Part shown: positions 55,024 to 64,000 of the stretch, piece after piece | Numbering within the stretch: the stretch's first letter is position 1 | Layout: each line of letters opens with the position of its first letter | Assembly (NCBI RefSeq): GCF_009914755.1 | Contig: NC_060925.1 | DNA length: 64,000 nt | Strand: one strand, 5' to 3' | DNA from: the human T2T-CHM13v2.0 reference genome, Homo sapiens | Translations under genes and position numbers: made by a program | Notes under the pieces: generated by a model | What the model was told of the DNA's origin: nothing | What the model saw: only the letters and a program-made list of their open reading frames with translations | Database searches by the model: none

Positions 55024-58000
55024 CCTTAACTATACTTAAAAATTAATTTACTTAATTAAAAAAAATCTCCACAAGACCATGAGATTAAAGTAGAGGAATG
55101 ACTTTCTCCCAAAGTAACAGTAAAACTGCTAAAGACCTTAGCCTAGCAGACTAGTGGTTAAAACTGTGCGTCCCTGAGCAAATTTGTTGAATTGAATTCT
55201 AAAAATCAAAATTTCTAAACAAAATAAGTTTCCAAACATGCCAGTGCTCTGCAACCAGATTAGAAACACCATCATCAAAGACAACACCTGGCACATCTGG
55301 CTACTCTGAGATCCTCAACTTCTGCAATGCTATTTCTCCAGGTGCTTTTATTCCTGTTTTTGGCAATGGCCCTGGAAGAGAAGTGTCTTGGTCTTTTATC
55401 AGAGTTATAGTCTCCTGCTTGTCCTCAGTGCATAGGAATATAATGATCTCATAGTGTAGATGATTTAACATAAAAATCCTCCCACTGCACAGCTTTCAGA
55501 AATCATTTTGGTGGAGTAAAAGCCAAGTGGCAATATATGAGCACTTTCTCTTAAACATTTTATTCATCATTCTAAAAAAACTCATAATGCAAAATTTTTC
55601 AACTTATAAAATGTCCACAAGATAAAAATTTGTTTCATTTTCTTTCTTTTTTTCCCCTCTTTCAAAACGTTTCCTTTCTGAATCACTATGCTAAAAACAT
55701 ATCAGGCAATCCACAAAGGCCTGCTGACCAGATTTAATCTTGGCATTATTCTATTGCAAATGAGCATAGCACACAAAAAGATGTGCTAATTTATTTAAGG
55801 AGGCATTTCCTTTTCAACTTTGATAAGGACAACACATTCAAATAAAAATATTAAAACATAAAACAACAAACTTTAAGAAGGGATATTGCTTTTCCCTCCT
55901 TTTCCTTGGTTTTCACAGGAACATCTATCAACCCATATCCAACAGTAATATATGTATACTGAAAGCTGCAAGAACAGAAAAAGTCACGCTTACAATGAAC
56001 AAAATCATGAACTTGATGGAAACTTAGAGTTTTCTGTGAAATTCAAGTTTTCATATTTTCCTTTTAAAAACCCTGAAATTCATAAAGTCTATTCATAATA
56101 AATCATTTTGACTGTTCTTTTTCATTTTTATATATTTTAACTTTCTTTTTGAAAGTGTATAATAAATTCAGAACTGAGATAGGAGGCAGATATGTGCGAA
56201 ATTTTGGAATTTATTATTAAGATGTGAATACTGATACTTCAATTTTTTTATTTCTAAAAAGTACCACATAAGACATAATTAAAAATCTCAAAACCAAATA
56301 TATATATAAGTGTTATATCTCCCTATTGCCAATAACTATTAATTTGTTGCTTGGAGCCATTGGCCTCCTAACAGCATAGGCGGGTATAAGCTGGCTCTCC
56401 TTAACTGCTACTTCTCAAGGGACAACATGCCAAATTGGGAAGAAAAGGTACTTTGTTGTATGTGTTTTGATCTGAAAAGAATTACTAGCATTAACCAGTT
56501 AAAGCTCCTGGGAAATCAAAGTATCATCACTAACTATGAGCAGAGACCCCTAAACTTCCCATACAAATATTGCCTGCCACTGCAAGTAACCTTACAGTAG
56601 ATAAATGGAGCTGCTCTTGAGTCCTCTTAGTTATCATTATATTATATTATGATTTTAGTTAGGTGATTCTGTGCATACACTGGAAATACATATGTACAGT
56701 AAATCTCTTTCTATAGCTGCATTAATATTCAGCATATATGTGATAAGCTAGCAATAGCACAACATCATTCATTTTCAAATCTGTGCACATTCTTGTTAGG
56801 CATTTGCACAGAAAGCCCATGAGTAATCCTTCAAGGAAAAGTTAGCAGAAGCTGGGTTTACTGTGTGAATGGGAGGAGGAAACATCTCTAAGAACTCAAA
56901 TTTCCTCTTTGTTGTGCTCATTGGAATCCAGAGAAAAATGAACATGAGCTTGCCAGGCTGCACATTTTGCTGTAGCCCTGATGGAAGCAGTAAGTCCAGA
57001 GCCTGCTGCCTAGGAAGAGTTTTTCTAGCTGGAATTTGGGAATCGACTAAAAAAGTCCTTCCCCTGAAAGATGGATTAAATTGATCATTTTTTCCTAGAC
57101 ATAGTGCACTTCAGGCTCATTTTGCTTTGTAATTAAGAAGAAAGCCAGAAACATCATTTACACATTAAGAATTTAATAGATATATTTTTCTAGCTTTATG
57201 CATTAGCGCAGGACAGCCCATTAATGAAATAAGTCTTCCTTCAGGGTCAATTTAGATGGCTGTAATCTTCTGCAAATATATTGCAAATGAGGATCATTTA
57301 ATGATCTTAAAACTAACTGCCAGGAGAGGATTGTTATAACTCTCCAGACAACAAAAAGAGACTTGGCATGGCATGCATATCCTTTCTTTAATTTAACAAA
57401 TGTTTAAGTTTCTGGCCACTACATTTTTAAAATTTGCAAATGTTATCCTCTATTTAGGTTAGCCTCTGGCTTGCTGACCTGGGAGGCTAAATCTGAGTAT
57501 AAAAAGTTCCAGCCTGCATTAAATGATCAATTAAAGGATAACAGTGTTGCACTGATAAAATATATCTCTTGCCTTGCTGATATGCCCATGATTGTCAAAC
57601 TCTGCTAAGCTCCCCTTGTTCTGGTCCAGCTCATCTTTTTCTCCAGAACTTCTTTGCCTGACTTCACTAACCCCTATCTATTGACAACCACTGTTAAAAC
57701 AATACTTAGCATGTGTGCAGCATTCAAGTATTTTAAAAATTCGTTCACACGTGTGATCTTATTTGTTCCTGAAAATAATACCACATACAGGTATGGAGCA
57801 TGCCATTTCCCCTTTTATAACAAGTAAGGAATCTGTGGTTCAAAGGGACTGAATGCTGGGCTCAAGCCCACTCTCTCATTCTATTTCCCCTACCTTCAGC
57901 AAGTAAGAACTAAAATTCAGGTCCTCTGATTCCTGATTCAGTATTCATTCATATCAACCTGTAACCCATGGTACTTGGAAAAGTACGGACCTAAAACTGC

Positions 58001-58526
58001 GGAAGCCTGGAGGGAAGATTTGGTACAACACGAACACCTCTATGCCTTCAGAGAAAGTAGCTGGAGAAACAAAACATCATCCTTTAAAAATATAGCATAT
58101 ATACGTGTGTATGTGGTGATTGTTACAGGGATGAAGTACATAGTAAGTGTTAAGAAGTTCATGGAAAGAAATTTCATGGGATATAGAAGTCAGAGAAGAT
58201 TTTTTGGAAAAGGTAGACTTGAAAGAAGGGCAATAACTGTATAGGAGAAGTGAGAAACATCTGGCAAGAGGCAGCACATACTGGGCTCACAACCTGGCTC
58301 TGCCATTTATCAACTGTGCAACTCTGATCACGTTATTCAATTTCTCTAAGCCTCAATTCCTTGTCTGTAAAATGGGAATAATTATTAGCACCTACTTCTT
58401 AGAGTTGTTAATCATAGATGAGAAAATGTATGCAAAGAGCTTAGTATAAGTGGCTGATACAGCATCAGTGTTCATTACTAAAACAGCTTGAGCAAAGGAA
58501 TAGAAATGAGGTATAAGAAGGGCAAC

Positions 58527-58670
58527 AGCTAATGTATGCTGGGCTTCATACCTAGGTGATGGGTTGATAAGTGCAGCAAACCACCAAGCCACTTTTACCT
58601 CTGTAACAAACCTGCACATCCTGCACATGTATCCCAGACTTAAAATTAAATTAAATTAAATTATTTAAAA
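58527..58670 (+). mobile_element. Older L1PA 3' end (about 145 bp)
   Basis: gctaatgtatgctgggcttcatacctaggtgatgggttgataagtgcagcaaaccacc...aacaaacctgcacatcctgcacatgtatccc plus tail; flanks aagaagg. Confidence 0.88.
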
Positions 58671-59591
58671 AAGAAGGACTGCCAAAAATAATGATTAAAT
58701 TAGTCAGGTCTGAGTAAACTTTGGTAAAAAGAGCAATGAGAAAATATTAGAAAAAATTCAGACTAGATTATGGAGACATGTAAGTGCCAAGATAACAAGC
58801 TTTGCCTGGTGCCTTCCTATTTCTATTTGCAATTCAGCTTACATTCTAGAAACAAAATCTTATAGTCAATATGTAAAAAGATACAAGTAGAACTGCCCTA
58901 GTTGGAGCTGGTGTCAAGATTCCAGAGCCCTACCTGATAAGTGCTCTCCCTACCAACCACAGCATCCCCTGAAAGACAAGTTGGAAACCAAGTGTTCTGA
59001 TGACAGGACGCTATTGAAGTCTTCTGCTCAGGGAAGTGGTATGAAGAATATTTACCTGGCAGCAGTAAACAGATTGCAAAGCAGACAGAGACACCAATGA
59101 CTACTTAGCATCCTGTTATAGTTGTCAGGCGATGAGGGTTTGGAACAGAATAGAGCTGTGGCAGTGAGAACAGACAGAGAGGGACAGGTGCCAAAGACAT
59201 TACAAAAGACAATTTGATAGGTCTTTGTGAGTTGTCTAGGTGGGGAAAATGGGGGAAAAAGGATCAAAACTGAGTCATGGGCTACAGACCTGGGCAATCG
59301 TTGGTGGATTCCTCAGTGCCACGCTTCAATTTCCCAAAGACATCTTTTTGTTGTTGTTGTTTACTTGAGAAACAGCCTGTCCAAGGACATCTTATTAAAC
59401 TCTACTATAAAGTAATGATGGCTAAAGCCATAATTTATGATTTCACAAAGTTCTGAGTCATTTAGAATGACAATACCTAAATTATTGATTGGGATTATAA
59501 TGAATATTAATTGGTAGGGGGCTAGAGTGAGAAGTGAGGTTCCTGGTCAAAAAAATTTAGAAAACACTGAGTTGAATAAAGTTAAACAGGC

Positions 59592-59929
<338 letters not shown>

Positions 59930-60344
59930 TGATGGGCAGTTTGAACTCTTATGCAAAAGATGGAATCAGAGGCTTTCCTCAAACTTATTTGACCAAGAAC
60001 CCCTTTTTAAGAAACATACTTATGGGATTAATGTTTCTTGGAACCCATTTTGGGATATGCTGCTCTGTGAAAGCCAACAAAGGACACCTGAACTAAGATT
60101 CATCTCAATTATCACTCACTGGAAATATGCTGTGTGTCAGGTACAAGACTTCTGTCCTCAAGGAACTCAAAGTCGAGTGGGGGAGGCTCACATATACCCC
60201 ATATTATATACCCACAATATATATAAAATGCATGATGTGTTTTGGGAACAGCAAGTGGCTCATGTGGCTACAAATAAGAATGTAGATTGAGCAATGAGAG
60301 TGGCAGGTGATAACGCTGGCAAAGCACACAGAAGTAATTATTAC

Positions 60345-60600
60345 TGATGTTATTAGCTACCATCTATTGAATGCATGCTATTTGTTAAGCATCATGCTAA
60401 GTATCTTACATGTATCACATCAATAAATCCTCTCTACAGTCTCATAAGGTTGGTACAATTATCATCCACATTTCGCAGATGCAAAAACAGAGGTTTAGAG
60501 AAGGCTAATAACTTACCGAACGTCTCATGCTATCTAAATGGCAAAGCCCATACAACCCCAGACCTACCAGAGCCCAGGTCTGTGTGCTTAACCATTGTGG
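60345..60600 (-). mobile_element. MIR SINE
   Basis: agctaccatctattgaatgc...cagatgcaaaaacagaggtttagaga. Confidence 0.75.
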
Positions 60601-62649
60601 TAATGGGCTTCTTAAACCTTGTGAGCTGTTTTAAGAATGTGGACTCCACCAGGAAAGCCTTGAGGAGGCTTGGAAGGTTCTACATCTTTTCCTCTCTTAT
60701 GACAAATCTTCAAAAATACTTTGAGTCAAAGCCATACACAAAACAGAAGAAAACGACACTTGCTAAACTACCAAAACCACAACCGCCTTGCAGAGATGCT
60801 CATGAGTCAGAGCCTCCAAATTGCCTGGGGATTTTCCAATGAAAGGCTCTTATGTGTCTGCAAGGAACTCTCCTGCTGGGTTATCTTCTTCAATCACTGT
60901 TTCTTAGCATTGCATTGCTGCACCATGAAAATCTTGCTTTAGTTTACCTTCTTCAGAGAATCCGCCTCTCCACATTCTGTCTGTCATGTGGGTTTACTGA
61001 GAGCTAACTTTCAAAGTCATGCATTCTATGGTAAGTGTATTTTAAACCATGCAGCATCACATTAAAAAGAAATGGCAGTCATTCTGCCCTGGAAACTGTT
61101 CCCTAGCATGACATTACTTTAATTCACTGGCTCCTTGTAATCAAGATCTAATAAACAGCACCTTTAAATAAGTCCTACACACAGCCTGCATTGTTACAAT
61201 CAATTGAACTACTTAAAAAAGAAAACCTCTGAGGCTATCTGGAGGCATTCTGTGCTTCCCTCTGTTTTATGGCACAACCTTAGACACGATGTGTAAAAAG
61301 GTCAAGACAGCATGTAGGCTTTTGCATTAAACAGCAGAACACTAATTAGTTTTAGTGACAATGGGGTTCTGTTAGTGTGTTCTAATATTTTGATGCTTAG
61401 TTTTCTTTGAAACCTCCAACCATAATACACAAAAGTTCTTCTATCTTCCCGTTTTTCTTATATCTTGACTTTTCAACCCCATCATCTGTTTGAACTAAGC
61501 ATGTATATTTTCCATTTCTTTATTTTCATTAAAAGCCTGTTCTAAAATTTCATTTCAAAACAGCTCACTTAAAAGACAATTTAATGTGGAACCTAATTTT
61601 TTCTATTAGTTTTAACCATGTTTTGAAATCTCAAATGTAAATTGTGTTAAAACAACTGTCAATTGGCTTTAATATTTATGCATATTAACTGTCCAGAGAA
61701 GGTATACTATGCTATAAATAGTATAGCATTTATACTATTTATATATATAAACTGCTGAGTGTTAAAATTTTTTAAAAACAGATTTCCACATTCCTGAACT
61801 CTATTTTAAATTAGTAGGAGAAATAATATAGTTCTTCAAAACCAAAGTGTTATTATTTTTAGGTTTTCATTACTATGTTTGTATCTGTATTCTTATCCTT
61901 TTTCTAAATATAGGTAATTACCAAAAACATTTTCCAGGAGAAAGAATGCAACTGAAGAAAATAACACTATCTGACACTTTATTAACAAATTGATATCTCT
62001 TCAAAATACCAATAACTATAAGTAATTTTAGTACAGTGTACCTTTCTATAAAATAAATGACAAACTGAATGAATTTTCCTCAGCTAACTTAGGAATTGCC
62101 AGTTCCTTACAAGACAGATTTATGCCACATTTGGTATCATTTACTGTTTTTTAAAAAAGAGTTTGAGGCCATAAGCTTACAGTGGTCACCCTCTTTTCAA
62201 AAGGTTATTGGGCTAATGCTCTAATAATATCTTCTGATGCTGTTCTCCTATGGGATTAAAAGCAATCAAATCTGTAGGTGGGAAAAAAAATTCACATTTT
62301 TCTTTGTTCCCCTTAGCCGACTTGGCTATGGTCTACAGAAGCCGAACTTTCATTAAAAGAAAATAAAGTTTCTAGCCCTTCATCCTGTAAAGATAGCATC
62401 TTTATACCGTAAATCAATACACTGCCGTTTGGTTTGCTCTCTGGCTAGACAGACCAAAACAATATAGCATTAAGGGAAGTGGGAGCATCCCTTCCAAGCC
62501 ATTTGTCTTAATGGAGTGCCCACTTCAAAACTGACTTCTTACTGCTTCCATGATGCCAATTTAATTGCTATCAAGCCAGACCAAAAGAAACAAATCCAAT
62601 TATAAAGCCAATTCTTTGTAACCAAAATGGGATATATGTGAGTGTGCTG

Positions 62650-62900
62650 TAGACTGCTTACCATGTGCCAGGCACTGTACTAAACACATAAATGCATTTA
62701 TTTATTCATAAATGAATAATTGCCTTATTTCATCCTGTTAGGTAGTTATTATTTCTAATTTCCATTTTATAGAGGAGAAATCTGAGACTCAGAGAGGTTA
62801 AGTAACTTGCTAAGGTCATAGAGCTCATGAGGTGGAGTAGCTGGGGTGCGAACCCAAACCTATCCAACCTCAGATTTTAGCCTCTTAACCACGATATCAT
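62650..62900 (-). mobile_element. MIR SINE
   Basis: ccattttatagaggagaaatctgagactcagagaggttaagtaacttgctaaggtca. Confidence 0.85.
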
Positions 62901-63745
62901 GTTGTCTAGCAAAAGCAATAAACTAATTCTTATTTCATTTAGATTCTGTGCTATTTCTAAACAAACATTTCCAAGAATTTGCCCAACAATAACTATTATG
63001 AAACAGAATAATATGGTATTTTTTGGCCCATATATCTTCTGTATGCAACAAAAGTGACACTCAAATCTTGAGGCATCTTTACTTCAAGGAATAGGGAAAA
63101 GCACACAAAATGTAGGGTCAAACTAGCTGTGTAACTTGGGCAAGCAACCTCACTGAGATTTACTTTCTCATCTGCAAAATGGTGGTAATAATAGCTATCT
63201 ACCGGGATCATCATTAGGATTATAGCTAAAAATTGATCAAACACTAACTCCATGCCCAGCACTGTGCAGGAACTTTGCTCAGATTGTCTCTTTTCTACAA
63301 CTTTTGTCAATTAAGTATTTTTTTAAAGAGTAAACTATATTGTCTAATTTAATGCTCACAATGACCCTCTGTGGATTTACTTATCCTGACACATATTCGT
63401 CCATTCATTCAAAAATATTTACACCAACTGCTGGGTGTTAAGAATGCAACATTATTCATGAGAAGCATGGCCACTGCCACCTCAATTGGCAATAATTAAT
63501 AATGACAACAATACAACTTTGGTGCTTTGGTTTTTCCTAGGTTTTTGATAGGGATAGGAGCCTCAGTTTACAAACTAAAGTTAGGGATTCTCTACTTGGC
63601 CTGCCAGTCTTTCAAGTAGTTGATACAGAGTACAGCCGTGTTGGATAAATGCTGTACTTGAGTTTTTATTATTGTCTGAGGCCTTTTACCTATCACAAGC
63701 AATGCTTCCTGATAAAAGTCTTCTCTATTCACTAGGCTAGAGTAA

Positions 63746-64000
<255 letters not shown>

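Noticed and set aside
60375-60842. 155-aa ORF
   Set aside because: First half lies in a MIR; no recognisable homology.

Overview
Human non-coding genomic DNA: a near-consensus AluYb-lineage insertion at 7.2-7.5 kb points to Homo sapiens. I found no credible protein-coding gene, tRNA, rRNA, snRNA, processed pseudogene or CRISPR array. The supplied ORFs are repeat-derived (Alu, L1, MIR, L2, LTR, Tigger1 transposase relic) or look like chance ORFs. The window reads as a gene-desert or large-intron region with very dense MIR/L2, 13 Alu/FLAM copies, several 5'-truncated L1s, MaLR/ERVL solo LTRs and DNA transposon fossils (Tigger1, Tigger3a, MER20, MER5). Between these lie multi-kb blocks with no repeats I recognise, plus an orphan CpG-rich element at about 22.4-23.1 kb; these look like distal regulatory sequence. 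I cannot name the locus from sequence alone and see no evidence of a wholly new biological system. The best leads are: (i) a candidate L1MA 3' transduction; (ii) one target site hit twice, giving a triplicated TSD; (iii) the orphan CpG element with a well-formed 136-nt intron and a possible spliced 61-aa ORF; (iv) a strong RFX X-box; (v) a probably polymorphic AluYb; (vi) several template-switch or duplication scars. Repeat subfamily calls come from remembered consensus sequences; boundaries without TSDs are approximate.
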